Assembly (NCBI GenBank): GCA_944358415.1
Contig: CALVRA010000003.1
Location: 17,790 to 81,789, forward strand
Source of the DNA: an uncultured Bacilli bacterium
Lineage (GTDB): Bacteria; Bacillota_I; Bacilli_A; RF39; UBA660
Reading direction: 5' to 3'
Length of the DNA: 64,000 nucleotides
Shown here: positions 10,099 to 19,691 of the stretch, in pieces
How the letters are laid out: every line of letters starts with the position of its first letter
Numbering within the stretch: the stretch's first letter is position 1
Notes under the pieces: model-generated
What the model was told of the DNA's origin: nothing
The model's database searches: none
The model's input: only the letters and a program-made list of their open reading frames with translations
Position numbers and translations under genes: made by a program

Positions 10099-10578
10099 TC
10101 ATATTTCTAAATCATCTATATCATCAATAATTTCTAATTGTGATTCGATAATATTTTTAAGTCTACGTTTTAAAATATTGACATTTCTTTTAGTGGTTTC
10201 GGCTTCGTTTTCAATTTTTTCAGCTTTCATTAAGGCATCATTGACGATGCGACTAGCGTTTTTCTTGGCATCATCTATTATTATTTCGCTTTCACGATGA
10301 GCAGTTAATTTTAGTTGATCTGAGGTTTTTTGGGCCATTAGGATGGCTCTATTTAGGGTGTTTTCCATTCTTTCATATTGTTCTAATTTTTCTTTGACGT
10401 TTTCATTTTTTTCAGCATTTTCTTTTAGTTTCCTAATTTCTTCTTTTTGCGCTTCAATCAGTTTGTTTTTTTTATCGATATCAGCAATCATTTTTTCAAC
10501 TCTTTTTATGACCTGATCCAAAAAGTTATTAACTTCATCTGGGTCATACCCTCTCATGACTCTCGTAAATTTTTCCAT
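10099..10578 (-). CDS. divIVA: DivIVA domain cell-division protein
   Basis: FTRVMRGYDPDEVNNFLDQV N-terminal DivIVA motif, followed by coiled coil. It lies next to sepF, as in the B. subtilis ylm cluster. Confidence 0.8.
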   Translation of the reverse strand: MEKFTRVMRGYDPDEVNNFLDQVIKRVEKMIADIDKKNKLIEAQKEEIRKLKENAEKNENVKEKLEQYERMENTLNRAILMAQKTSDQLKLTAHRESEIIIDDAKKNASRIVNDALMKAEKIENEAETTKRNVNILKRRLKNIIESQLEIIDDIDDLEI

Positions 10579-10607
10579 AAATTCGACCTCACCTTTTTAT
10601 GCCTTGT

Positions 10608-11012
10608 TTACCACTCTATATCTATATTATTATTATCGTGAATACCTTTACCTTCGGTATCATTTGTAATTTTTCCTTGAACACTAACGTTATTTGGAGT
10701 ACATAGGAAAATGCCTCCACCTATTTTTTGCAAGTCCCCACCAATTGCATATATAGTTCCGCTTAGAAAATCGACAATTCGTTTTGCTTGTTCAGGGGTT
10801 ACTCTTTTTAAATTAACAACAACGGTGTTTCTTTTCTTTAAATGATCTGCTATTTGCTGTGATTCTGAGTAGGCTCTTGGTTCAAGCAGAATCATTTTAG
10901 CTCCACCTTCTTCTGTTAAAGCTTCTTCAGCTTTTAAATCATAGTACTGGTCATTTGTTGGTGCGGAAAAGACATCTTCTTCTTCACCTATGATTTTTTT
11001 TATCAAACCCAT
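10608..11012 (-). CDS. sepF: cell division protein SepF
   Basis: C-terminal SepF core ([43 protein letters not shown]). Confidence 0.85.
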   Translation of the reverse strand: MGLIKKIIGEEEDVFSAPTNDQYYDLKAEEALTEEGGAKMILLEPRAYSESQQIADHLKKRNTVVVNLKRVTPEQAKRIVDFLSGTIYAIGGDLQKIGGGIFLCTPNNVSVQGKITNDTEGKGIHDNNNIDIEW

Positions 11013-11104
11013 ATTTATCCTCCTTAGTTTTTAATACTTTGCTATAGATAATTTTATCATAGATTTTAGAAAAAGAAAATGGTTTTTGATTTTCTTTTTT
11101 TATT

Positions 11105-12472
11105 TTGTGTAAAGTAAATACAAAAATTCTAGATAAAATTTCTCTTTTATCTACATTTTTGGTAAAATGGTATAAAGGAAAGTTTGATTTATATGAAAAA
11201 AAAAGAAAGAAAAAGCGTACTAAGAAATATATTTTTATTTTAATTTTTTTGATTATAATTATTATAGCTTTTTATTATTTTATTAATTATAAATCTTTTT
11301 TAGGTAAGATTAATTATGACATAAATGGGAATATTACATATTATGACAGATACGGAATTCATCTTAATTTTAAAGGTAATTTTAAGCTTGATGATAGTTA
11401 TGAGTCCCCTACTTTAGTTCTTAGTAATGGAAATTTTGAAAGGATAATTGATTGGAAGTTAAATAAGAATAAAAATGAATATTCTTTTGAGACGAGCGAG
11501 TTTATAAATAAAGGAATTAATTTGGAAAGTTTAGAGAGTGGAGATTATTATTTACTTATTAAGACTCATAAAAATGATGAAGATATTTATTTTCCTTTGA
11601 TTAATAAGACTAAATACGAAGATATTACTTATTATACTTTGAGTCAAAATGGAAGTAATAAGAAAGTTAGTATTACATGGGATAGGTTTGAAGGACATGA
11701 ACTTTTAGCTTTTCATATTAAAAATACTGATCTTCCAGATGATGTTTATGATATTACTATTGATCCTGGGCATGACGGTAATGATGCAGGGATGATAGTA
11801 TGTGGGAATGGCGATGTGCCAAATAGGAATGGAAAGTGCTTAAAAAGTGATACTTACAAGGAGTCAGATATTAATTTTGATGTGGCTTTAGCTTTAAAAG
11901 ATGAGTTAGAAAAAATGGGATACAAGGTTAAGCTTACTAGAGATAGTAAAGAGGATACAGTACCTACTTATGGTGAAATGGGCAGTGGAACGACGGCTAA
12001 TGCGACAAAGTCGAAGTTTAATTTCGCTTTACACCACAATTCAACTAATATACCTGGTGGTATGAGTACAACTTATGGATTTGAGATTTATGTGGCTGGT
12101 GACAGTTCTTTTGATTTAGCTAGGTTATTTGTAAAAAATATCGGTAAATATGGGAAAGCGTCAGTTTCTACTAAAAAGGAATTTAAAGTAGAAGATGGAA
12201 TTTATCAGAGATTTTCTTCTGATGGTACACCTTATTATTATATGATAAGAGAGGTTGGCGGTATTGCAACTGGAGCTTATCAAGATGGAAGTAATACTAC
12301 GTATGATGCGAATCCTTATTATGATTCTAATGATACAGCTGAGGGATATTTATTTGAGCTTGGTTATATTGACAATGTAAAGGAACTTAGAAATATTTTA
12401 GATAACCCTAGTGGTTATGCGAGAGGAATTGCTTTGGGACTTAATGAGTATTTAAATAGTGATATTAAATGA
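11105..12472 (+). CDS. N-acetylmuramoyl-L-alanine amidase (Amidase_3-type), membrane-anchored
   Basis: ITIDPGHDGNDAG and NFALHHNS amidase_3-like motifs, with an N-terminal K-rich stretch plus TM. No in-frame ATG precedes the TM helix. The track start is TTG. See the finding on the A9 tract. Confidence 0.8.
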   Translation: MCKVNTKILDKISLLSTFLVKWYKGKFDLYEKKRKKKRTKKYIFILIFLIIIIIAFYYFINYKSFLGKINYDINGNITYYDRYGIHLNFKGNFKLDDSYESPTLVLSNGNFERIIDWKLNKNKNEYSFETSEFINKGINLESLESGDYYLLIKTHKNDEDIYFPLINKTKYEDITYYTLSQNGSNKKVSITWDRFEGHELLAFHIKNTDLPDDVYDITIDPGHDGNDAGMIVCGNGDVPNRNGKCLKSDTYKESDINFDVALALKDELEKMGYKVKLTRDSKEDTVPTYGEMGSGTTANATKSKFNFALHHNSTNIPGGMSTTYGFEIYVAGDSSFDLARLFVKNIGKYGKASVSTKKEFKVEDGIYQRFSSDGTPYYYMIREVGGIATGAYQDGSNTTYDANPYYDSNDTAEGYLFELGYIDNVKELRNILDNPSGYARGIALGLNEYLNSDIK

Positions 12473-12536
12473 TTGAGAGTGTTAGCAGCTTGATTTGATA
12501 AGTTTTCTTTTAAGTGAAAGTCACAATTATATTAAA

Positions 12537-12567
12537 AAGTTATTTCTGTTTGGTGAAATAACTTTTT
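12537..12567. terminator. bidirectional terminator between convergent genes
   Basis: AAGTTATTTC-TGTTTGGT-GAAATAACTT 10-bp stem, with an A-run before and a T-run after. Confidence 0.6.
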
Positions 12568-12579
12568 ATATACAGTGAT

Positions 12580-13410
12580 TTAAATTTTTTTAACTAATTT
12601 TTTGTTTGTTTTTTTGTGATTTTTAAAGTTTAAAAGAGCGGATACGGATATAACAAACATGCCTTTAATAATTTTTTTGAAGCTAAAAGCCGCAATGGCA
12701 AGTCCAAATAGAAGTGAGGCACTAAAAGTAGTAAACAAAGCAATGTGTTTTGTTTTTTTCTTTTGAAGTTTATATTTAGGTTTTAAATTATTATTTGATT
12801 TTTGGTTTTTAGTTTTATTTTGCGTTTGTTTTATTGACTTTTGAATTTTGGTTTTATTTTGTGGTTGTTTTATGATTTTTGGAGATTGAGTTTTATCCTT
12901 TTTAGTTTTAAGAGGATTTTTTTCGTTTTTAACCGGTTTGGGATTATTTATAGCAAGTGGTTTTTCAATTTGTTTTTGATTTTTTGAAATATTGTTTATA
13001 TGCTTTTTTTGAATGGAGTTTATTTTTTCATTTGGTCTTTTAGGATTTTCTTGTTTTTTTATGGTATTTACGATTAATTTTGTTTTTTTATTTATGTTTG
13101 GGGTTATAACTATGATTTTACCAAATAAAGTTTTGGTTTCACTTATGGCGATAGTTTCTTTTTGATTTATTTTTTCTTTTGGAATACTTTTTATAATATT
13201 ATTTGTTCCGCCAGAGGATGTCCCTATTAGATCCATTAAAGTTTTACTTACTATTATTATAAAAATATCATAAGAATTTATATGATATTTTATAATAGGG
13301 TTTGATGATTTAGAGATAGTTAAACTATTTACTTTTTTACTTAAAATATTTGTATTGTTTTTTAATATAGCTTTTAAAAATTTAATTTTTGATAAGTTTA
13401 ATTTTCTCAT
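12580..13410 (-). CDS. hypothetical Lys/Asn-rich protein with tandem QNKTK repeats and C-terminal TM segments
   Basis: This is the only long ORF in an otherwise ~950-bp gap. It has imperfect ~11-aa repeats (PQNKTKIQKSIK/QTQNKTKNQKSNN) and a hydrophobic C-terminus. The low-complexity composition makes coding status uncertain. Confidence 0.4.
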   Translation of the reverse strand: MRKLNLSKIKFLKAILKNNTNILSKKVNSLTISKSSNPIIKYHINSYDIFIIIVSKTLMDLIGTSSGGTNNIIKSIPKEKINQKETIAISETKTLFGKIIVITPNINKKTKLIVNTIKKQENPKRPNEKINSIQKKHINNISKNQKQIEKPLAINNPKPVKNEKNPLKTKKDKTQSPKIIKQPQNKTKIQKSIKQTQNKTKNQKSNNNLKPKYKLQKKKTKHIALFTTFSASLLFGLAIAAFSFKKIIKGMFVISVSALLNFKNHKKTNKKLVKKI

Positions 13411-13424
13411 TAGCTTTTCCTATT

Positions 13425-14795
13425 TTAAAAAGTTATTTTTTCATTTAGATAATTTATTAAATCATCTATTTTGATAACTTCTTGTTTCATGGTATCTCTA
13501 TCTCTTATGGTGACTGTTCCACTTTTGATAGTTTCATCATCGATTGTTATGCAGTATGGGGTGCCTGCAATATCCTGCCTTCTATATCTTTTACCAATGT
13601 TTCCAGTTTCATCATAAGTAATCATGAACTTTTTAGATAATATATTATAAATTTCTTCGGCTTTTTCTTTATGATGTTTTTTGACAAGTGGTAAAATAGC
13701 GGCTTTATAAGGGGCCAAGAAAGGGTGGAAATGCATGATTTCTCTGGTCGTTCCATCTTCTAAGGTTTCCTCTTCATAGGCATTACATAAAATAGCAAGG
13801 GTAAGTCTATCAGCTCCAACACTAGATTCAATTATGGTTGGAAGGATTTTTTCATTAGTATCTGGGTCTAAGTACCTTAACTGATTACCTGAGTATTCTT
13901 CGTGTCTTGACAGGTCATAAGTTCCTCTATGGTGGGTACCCCAAAGTTCATCAAAGCCGAATGGGAATTTATACTGAATATCGCAAGCAGCTTTACAGTA
14001 AAAGACTAATTTTTCATGGTCTTTAAATCTGATATCTTCTTTTTTGATGCCGAGGTTAATTAGAAAATTCCAAGCTTTTTGTTTATAATTTTCATATAAT
14101 TTTAAAGCATCTTCTTCTTTACAGAAAAGTTGGTGCTCCATCTGTTCAAATTCTATAGTTCTAAAGGTAAAGTTACCTGGGGTTATTTCATTTCTAAAGG
14201 CTTTACCGATTTGACCAATTCCGAATGGAAGTTTAGCTCTCATAGATTTTTGAACGTTTAAAAAGTTTACAAATTCACCTTGAGCAGTTTCTCCTCTTAG
14301 ATATACTTTAGATGAGTCATCTTTGATAACTCCCCTACTTGTTTCAAAAAGCAAATTGAACTGTCTAATTTTAGTCCAATTGGATTTACCACATTTTGGA
14401 CATTTGATATTGTTTTTAATGATATATTCATATAATTCATCATCATTCATAGAGTCGCCATCGATTTCTTTATCGAAAGCTTCGACTAATTTATCGGCAC
14501 GTTGCCTTGATTTACATTCTTTACAATCAATTAGTGGATCTGAGAAGTTTTGAACATGGCCTGATGCTTCCCACACTTTTGGATTCATTAAAATAGCGGC
14601 ATCGATACCATAGCTATGTTTACTTTCCTCTATGAATTTTTTCCACCAAGCTTTTTTGATGTTGTTTTTTAATTCTACTCCTAGTGGTCCATAGTCCCAA
14701 GTGTTGGCAAGGCCACCATAGATTTCACTACCTTGAAATATGAAACCATACTGTTTACAAATACTTACTAATTTATCCATTGTTAATTTTTCCAT
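13425..14795 (-). CDS. glyQS: glycine--tRNA ligase (single-chain class II)
   Basis: 456 aa. The N-terminus KQYGFIFQGSEIYGGLANTWDYGPLG is typical of GlyQS. GGAGG SD is present. Confidence 0.95.
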   Translation of the reverse strand: MEKLTMDKLVSICKQYGFIFQGSEIYGGLANTWDYGPLGVELKNNIKKAWWKKFIEESKHSYGIDAAILMNPKVWEASGHVQNFSDPLIDCKECKSRQRADKLVEAFDKEIDGDSMNDDELYEYIIKNNIKCPKCGKSNWTKIRQFNLLFETSRGVIKDDSSKVYLRGETAQGEFVNFLNVQKSMRAKLPFGIGQIGKAFRNEITPGNFTFRTIEFEQMEHQLFCKEEDALKLYENYKQKAWNFLINLGIKKEDIRFKDHEKLVFYCKAACDIQYKFPFGFDELWGTHHRGTYDLSRHEEYSGNQLRYLDPDTNEKILPTIIESSVGADRLTLAILCNAYEEETLEDGTTREIMHFHPFLAPYKAAILPLVKKHHKEKAEEIYNILSKKFMITYDETGNIGKRYRRQDIAGTPYCITIDDETIKSGTVTIRDRDTMKQEVIKIDDLINYLNEKITF

Positions 14796-14799
14796 AATT

Positions 14800-14945
14800 A
14801 CCTCCTAAAAAAATCCCCTAGATTATAAGGACGGTTTTATCCGCGGTTCCACCTTATTTATTCTAGGAGAATCACTTTTTAATATATGACTCCCTGTTTT
14901 CCACGCAGATCATCGTCTTTCAATATAATTTTATGTTTTTATTTT
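14800..14945 (-). promoter_or_regulatory. T-box leader (tRNA-sensing riboswitch) of glyQS
   Basis: The minus strand contains ACGATGA (GA/K-turn-like) and GGGAGTC. The T-box sequence AAGGTGGAACCGCGG lies at about 14842-14856. A terminator helix follows (CTCCTAGA...TCTAGGGGA plus T7) directly before the SD. Confidence 0.7.
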
Positions 14946-14957
14946 ATTTTAGTCAAG

Positions 14958-15698
14958 TTAATTTGTTAATTTTTGTAAATTCTTGATGAATTTTTTACTT
15001 TTTAAATATAAACCTGTATATCTTGAATAATAATCATCTAGAAAAATATTGATTTCATTTTTTGATTTTTGACTGATATCTATTTTGGATATTTTTTCTA
15101 TATCAACGTAATAAAACATTCTAATAAGTTTGATGGTTTTATCTGATACTATGTTTTCATTTGTATAACATTCTTTACAGACATATCCACCTTTAAAACT
15201 AGATAATGTAACAATATTTGTTTTTTTACCACAGACGGCACATGCATCAATTATTGGCATGACACCTAAAAATTCTAAATATTTTAATTCTAAGATATTC
15301 ATAATTACTAGAGGATCAAAGCCTTCGTTTATTTTTTTTAAGCTTTGGATTAAAAGCTCAAAGATTTGTTTATTATTGTTTTGTTTAATGACACCTTCGC
15401 TTAATTCTAAGATATATGTGGCATAGCTTATCCTAGATATATCTTTTTTTATATTTATAAAGTTATCTAAAACAGTAACTTCTTTTAATGTAGATATTTT
15501 ATTTTCTTTATAGTAAATTATAAAGGTTCCAAAGGTTAGTTTTGATGTGGTGCTTCTTAAGGGGCTTTTAATGTTTTTACATCCTTTGGCCATTAGAGAA
15601 ATTAGACCTTTTTCTTTAGTTATGACATTTAATATTTTACTGGTTTCACCATAGTTTGTTTCATTTACGATTATTCCTGTTACTTCCTGTAAATTCAT
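14958..15698 (-). CDS. recO: DNA repair protein RecO
   Basis: 246 aa with an OB-fold N-terminus and a CAVCGKK...YVCKEC zinc motif. Conserved position after era. Confidence 0.9.
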   Translation of the reverse strand: MNLQEVTGIIVNETNYGETSKILNVITKEKGLISLMAKGCKNIKSPLRSTTSKLTFGTFIIYYKENKISTLKEVTVLDNFINIKKDISRISYATYILELSEGVIKQNNNKQIFELLIQSLKKINEGFDPLVIMNILELKYLEFLGVMPIIDACAVCGKKTNIVTLSSFKGGYVCKECYTNENIVSDKTIKLIRMFYYVDIEKISKIDISQKSKNEINIFLDDYYSRYTGLYLKSKKFIKNLQKLTN

Positions 15699-15783
15699 TT
15701 TCTTCCTCTTTTTCTTTATATTTTAAGTAATATTCAATTTTACCTGTTAGTCTAAATAAATTCCATAAATCTTTTTTGTTCAT
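15661..15783 (-). CDS. YqzL-like small protein (40 aa; absent from the ORF track)
   Basis: Hand translation gives MNKKDLWNLFRLTGKIEYYLKYKEKEEENEFTGSNRNNRK*. The W..F..TG.I..YL.YKE pattern and the location between era and recO match B. subtilis yqzL. It overlaps the recO start by 38 nt in another frame. Confidence 0.6.
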   Translation of the reverse strand: MNKKDLWNLFRLTGKIEYYLKYKEKEEENEFTGSNRNNRK

Positions 15784-15823
15784 TTATATCACCTAATAAT
15801 ATTGTGATATATTTTTATTATTT

Positions 15824-16711
15824 TTATTCAGTAAAATCATTAAAGTTAAATTCTGAGAGATATTTTTCTCTATCGCGCCATTTTTCGATGGTTTTGACAT
15901 AGAGTTCTAAATATATCTTCGTTTTTAGTATTTCTTCTAAGTCTTTTCTAGCTAAGGTACCAATTTTTTTAATCATTTGACCATTTTTACCAATGATTAT
16001 TTTTTTTAGTGCATCTCTATCAACTATAATTACAACATTGATGATGTTTTTATCTTTATCTTTGATTATTTTTTCGACTAGACAAGTAACGGAATGTGGA
16101 ACTTCCTCTTTGGTGAGCCAAAGAATTTTTTCTCTGACAATTTCGGCAATCATGAACTGTATACTTCTATTAGTAATTGCATTATCTTCAAAGTATTTGA
16201 TATTATCTGGCAAATATTTTTTTATAGTTTTTATAAGTTCATCTATATTTTTATTTTTTAAAGCGGATACTGGAACTATTTCTTTAAAGTCATATAAATC
16301 TTTATATTCATTTATTTTTAAAAATATTTCATCTTTTGATAGGCCATCTATTTTATTGATGATTAATATTACTGGTTTATTTATGGTCTTAAGTCTTTCA
16401 ATGATAAATTTATCACCTTTACCTAAACCTTTTTTGGCATCTATTAAAAGACAGACGACATCAACATCTTCGATGCTATAATAAGCACCTTTGTTTAATA
16501 TTTGTCCTAGTTTATTATTTGGTTTATGGATACCTGGGGTGTCAACAAAGATGATTTGGGTATCATCTTCGTTATATATTCCTTGAATGACGTTTCTAGT
16601 TGTTCCTGGTTTATCTGAGGTGATGGCTATTTTGGTGCCGATAATTTGATTTATGAGTGTGGATTTTCCAACGTTTGGTCTTCCAACAAAGCTTACAAAA
16701 CCACTATGCAT
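15824..16711 (-). CDS. era: GTPase Era
   Basis: G1 GRPNVGKST, G3 DTPG, G4 NKID, and a C-terminal KH domain. Confidence 0.95.
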   Translation of the reverse strand: MHSGFVSFVGRPNVGKSTLINQIIGTKIAITSDKPGTTRNVIQGIYNEDDTQIIFVDTPGIHKPNNKLGQILNKGAYYSIEDVDVVCLLIDAKKGLGKGDKFIIERLKTINKPVILIINKIDGLSKDEIFLKINEYKDLYDFKEIVPVSALKNKNIDELIKTIKKYLPDNIKYFEDNAITNRSIQFMIAEIVREKILWLTKEEVPHSVTCLVEKIIKDKDKNIINVVIIVDRDALKKIIIGKNGQMIKKIGTLARKDLEEILKTKIYLELYVKTIEKWRDREKYLSEFNFNDFTE

Positions 16712-16712
16712 A

Positions 16713-17114
16713 TTAACCTCCTATTAATAGTAAAATTTTTGGTATGAATATTATTGAAGCAATGATTATAGCTGCTAGGCCAAAGACTAAGACGGCAGCA
16801 GCAGCGGTGTCTTTAGCTATTTTGGCTAAAGGATGTGTTTCTTTAGTAACAAGGTCAATGGTAGCTTCAATACTAGTGTTTATTAATTCTGTGGCAATAA
16901 CTAAACCGATGATAAGTGTTATAACAAGCCATTCGGTTAAGGATATTTTAAATATTATTCCAGCAATGATGACAAGAATGGTAGCTAAGGTATGGACTAG
17001 GATATTTTGTTCATATTTAAAGGCATATTTTAAGCCATCAAAGGCGTAAGAGAAACTTTTAAAAAGTCGTTTAAAACCTTTCTTTTTTAAATTATCTCGT
17101 GAGACCGTAGGCAT
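16713..17114 (-). CDS. dgkA: diacylglycerol/undecaprenol kinase (DgkA family)
   Basis: 133 aa with three TM helices and the ATELINTSIEATIDLV motif. Confidence 0.85.
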   Translation of the reverse strand: MPTVSRDNLKKKGFKRLFKSFSYAFDGLKYAFKYEQNILVHTLATILVIIAGIIFKISLTEWLVITLIIGLVIATELINTSIEATIDLVTKETHPLAKIAKDTAAAAVLVFGLAAIIIASIIFIPKILLLIGG

Positions 17115-17541
17115 CTAATATCTCCTTTTGTTTATCAAACATAATTTTTTCTTCTTCTTTATTCATGTGGTCATATCCTAGTAAATGAAGTAATCCATGA
17201 ATAGTAAGGAATCCCATTTCTCTTTTTTCGCTATGTCCATATTCTTTGGCTTGTTCTTTCATTTTGGAGGTGCATATATAAATATCTCCTAGTAATCTTC
17301 CAAATTCAAAATTTATGTTTTCTTCACCGTCTTCTAAAGCGAAACTTATGACATCGGTTTCTCTATCGATATTTCGGTAATTTTTGTTTATCTCTCTTAT
17401 GGTTTTACCATCTACAAAGATGACATTGAATGTTACATTGGTTAGATTTTCGTGTTTTAGAGCAAATTCAATTAGTTTTTTTTCTGCTTCTAAGTCTAGT
17501 TTTTCATCTGTTTCATTGAATATTTCAAAATTATTCATCAT
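17092..17541 (-). CDS. ybeY: rRNA maturation endoribonuclease YbeY
   Basis: HGLLHLLGYDH zinc motif. 149 aa. Confidence 0.92.
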   Translation of the reverse strand: MMNNFEIFNETDEKLDLEAEKKLIEFALKHENLTNVTFNVIFVDGKTIREINKNYRNIDRETDVISFALEDGEENINFEFGRLLGDIYICTSKMKEQAKEYGHSEKREMGFLTIHGLLHLLGYDHMNKEEEKIMFDKQKEILDAYGLTR

Positions 17542-18152
17542 TATACTCCTAACTTGATTAAATTAAACATATACATTGCCATTAAGACGGCAAATAACAC
17601 TATAATTATATTATAAACTATAGGATTTTTCAACACTTTTGGGAGGTGGTTATTTATGATAAATATTAGTTTATATATGAAAAAGCCTAATATACCACCT
17701 GTGATGTTTAAAATGATATCATCTATATCAAATACTCTACCTATTAATAATTGAGTTGTTTCAATTGACAAGGATACTAATAGGACTAGTAAAAAAGCTG
17801 ATAATGGTTTTTTTAAGTTTAAATAATAGGATACAAAAAAGCCATAAGGAATGAACATGATAATATTTCCTAGGACATTTTTGATAAATAAGTTACTGCC
17901 AAATGAATATCTAAGCATTTCTTTGAATGGAACAAGGTTAGAGGTGGACCAGCTAACATCTCCAAATGTTACAACATAGAAAAGGCATAATACATAGATT
18001 ATGAAAGTTAAAGCGAGTAATTCTTTATAAATTATTATTTTTTGTTTATTTTTGATTAGGTAAACTAACCTCATACTGATAGCTATAACACTACTAATTA
18101 AGATAGTTGGCCAAACTTCACCTAGTATTTCTAGCAAGCTCTGTCTTATCAT
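17541..18152 (-). CDS. VanZ family membrane protein
   Basis: Multi-TM protein with VanZ-like N..PF, IETTQLL..GRVFDIDDIILNITGG motifs. Confidence 0.8.
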   Translation of the reverse strand: MIRQSLLEILGEVWPTILISSVIAISMRLVYLIKNKQKIIIYKELLALTFIIYVLCLFYVVTFGDVSWSTSNLVPFKEMLRYSFGSNLFIKNVLGNIIMFIPYGFFVSYYLNLKKPLSAFLLVLLVSLSIETTQLLIGRVFDIDDIILNITGGILGFFIYKLIFIINNHLPKVLKNPIVYNIIIVLFAVLMAMYMFNLIKLGV

Positions 18153-18157
18153 TTATT

Positions 18158-19306
18158 TCACCCAATTTCTGCATAAGCGGTGATGTCTTCGTATACCGCA
18201 AAAAACATTTCTACTTCTACTATACTCTCTTTTACGGTACTTTTCAAATATTTACTTCTTATAATGTATTCGTCTTTTGAAAGGTTTTTTTTGATATTTT
18301 CTTCAGCCTTTTTTTGGGCGCTTATGATGGCCTCTTTTGGGGTTATAATTTGGTCTGTTACCTTAGTTTCTGTTTGATTTTGTTTGACAAGTTTTAAAGG
18401 AATTAATGGATGTTTAATAATATCTTTTTCTTTTATTTTTTTTGTTTTAAATTTATTAAAAGAAAGTTCAAATGTATGATTTAAAAATTTTATAGCATAG
18501 GTATCTTTTTTATTTTTAGTTTCTATTTCTTGATAACTAGCAAAAGGATATTCGGTTTTAGTGACATACCAAACTTCAGCGTAGGCTTTACCTGTGGCTT
18601 TGACTTTACCTTTAGTTTTTTCATTGAATATTAATTCACCGTTTACGATAAGATCACCTTTTTTTACGTAGTCGTTCATGTCTTTAACAATATCACCTTT
18701 TTCAGCAACAACTTTTTTTAAGATACCATCTTTACTGGCAATAATGCTTCTTGGGGTATTATCGGTATCTTTTTGAGGAATGGTACGTTCTTCTACTCTA
18801 ATTATATATTTAGTTCCACTTTCTTCTATTTCTAACCATTCTATTTTATCTTTATATTTATTTAAAATTTTTTCTTTAATTTTAGTTAATTCATCATAGC
18901 TTTTTTTAAAGGAATATTTTTTTATTCCTTCTTTTTTTAATTCGGATGTTAGAAGATTTCTTATATCTTTGTTTGAATGAATGACTTCTATATTAAAGAT
19001 TATGTTTGTAAAAATAAGAAAAATCAGAAATGAAATGATGGTTATTATTATTAAGTGTTTAGATAGTTTTACTTTTCTTTTTATTTTAATTAATCCAAAA
19101 ACGTCTAATTCAGTTATTTCATAAATGCTTTTTATTTTTAAGATTTTTTCATAATCTTTTTTATAAATAATTATATTAGCTTCATTTTTGTTTTTATATT
19201 TTAAGGATAGAATGTCAATTTTTTGCGTTCTTAGTTTTTTGATGAACCTATTGATGTTTTTTCCCTTAATATTTAAAGAAATTTTACTGATTAATTTTTC
19301 TATCAT
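18158..19306 (-). CDS. yqfD: sporulation protein YqfD
   Basis: 382 aa with a single central TM. It is 4-nt overlapped with yqfC, the characteristic yqfC-yqfD pair. Confidence 0.8.
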   Translation of the reverse strand: MIEKLISKISLNIKGKNINRFIKKLRTQKIDILSLKYKNKNEANIIIYKKDYEKILKIKSIYEITELDVFGLIKIKRKVKLSKHLIIITIISFLIFLIFTNIIFNIEVIHSNKDIRNLLTSELKKEGIKKYSFKKSYDELTKIKEKILNKYKDKIEWLEIEESGTKYIIRVEERTIPQKDTDNTPRSIIASKDGILKKVVAEKGDIVKDMNDYVKKGDLIVNGELIFNEKTKGKVKATGKAYAEVWYVTKTEYPFASYQEIETKNKKDTYAIKFLNHTFELSFNKFKTKKIKEKDIIKHPLIPLKLVKQNQTETKVTDQIITPKEAIISAQKKAEENIKKNLSKDEYIIRSKYLKSTVKESIVEVEMFFAVYEDITAYAEIG

Positions 19307-19548
19307 TGAAAGTCTATCGTTTTAGCTTTACCAATGATTAAAAGTTCATCGTTTAAAAGTTTGGATATAGTTAAGTTTTCACCTTTAATAATTAAATGAC
19401 CATCTTCAAATCTGACGATTATTTTTGTATCGTCAAAATGGTCTATTTCGATATAATTCACGATATCTATTTTGCTTTTTAATATGGTTATTTTAAAGTC
19501 TGTTTCTAAAATATAAGAACGCAAATTATTTAACATAATATCACCCAT
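19303..19548 (-). CDS. yqfC: sporulation protein YqfC
   Basis: ~80-aa protein directly upstream of and overlapping yqfD. An alternative ATG is at 19536. Confidence 0.75.
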   Translation of the reverse strand: MGDIMLNNLRSYILETDFKITILKSKIDIVNYIEIDHFDDTKIIVRFEDGHLIIKGENLTISKLLNDELLIIGKAKTIDFQ

Positions 19549-19691
19549 ATAATTTTATGGGTGATAGTTTTTAAATATACTAATAAATAGTTATTACTTC
19601 ATCATAAATATGATATTTATAAGTCATTTTTATCACCTATAAATATTTTAAATTATGATTAATAAATAAAATGTCAAAAAAAGAAAAAGTT

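Noticed and set aside
12580-13410. Treating the K/N-rich repeat ORF as non-coding tandem-repeat DNA
   Set aside because: It is not fully rejected and is kept as a low-confidence CDS. The frame is open for 276 codons in AT-rich DNA, ends in plausible TM helices, and lies between a strong bidirectional terminator and glyQS. Composition bias could still produce a spurious ORF.
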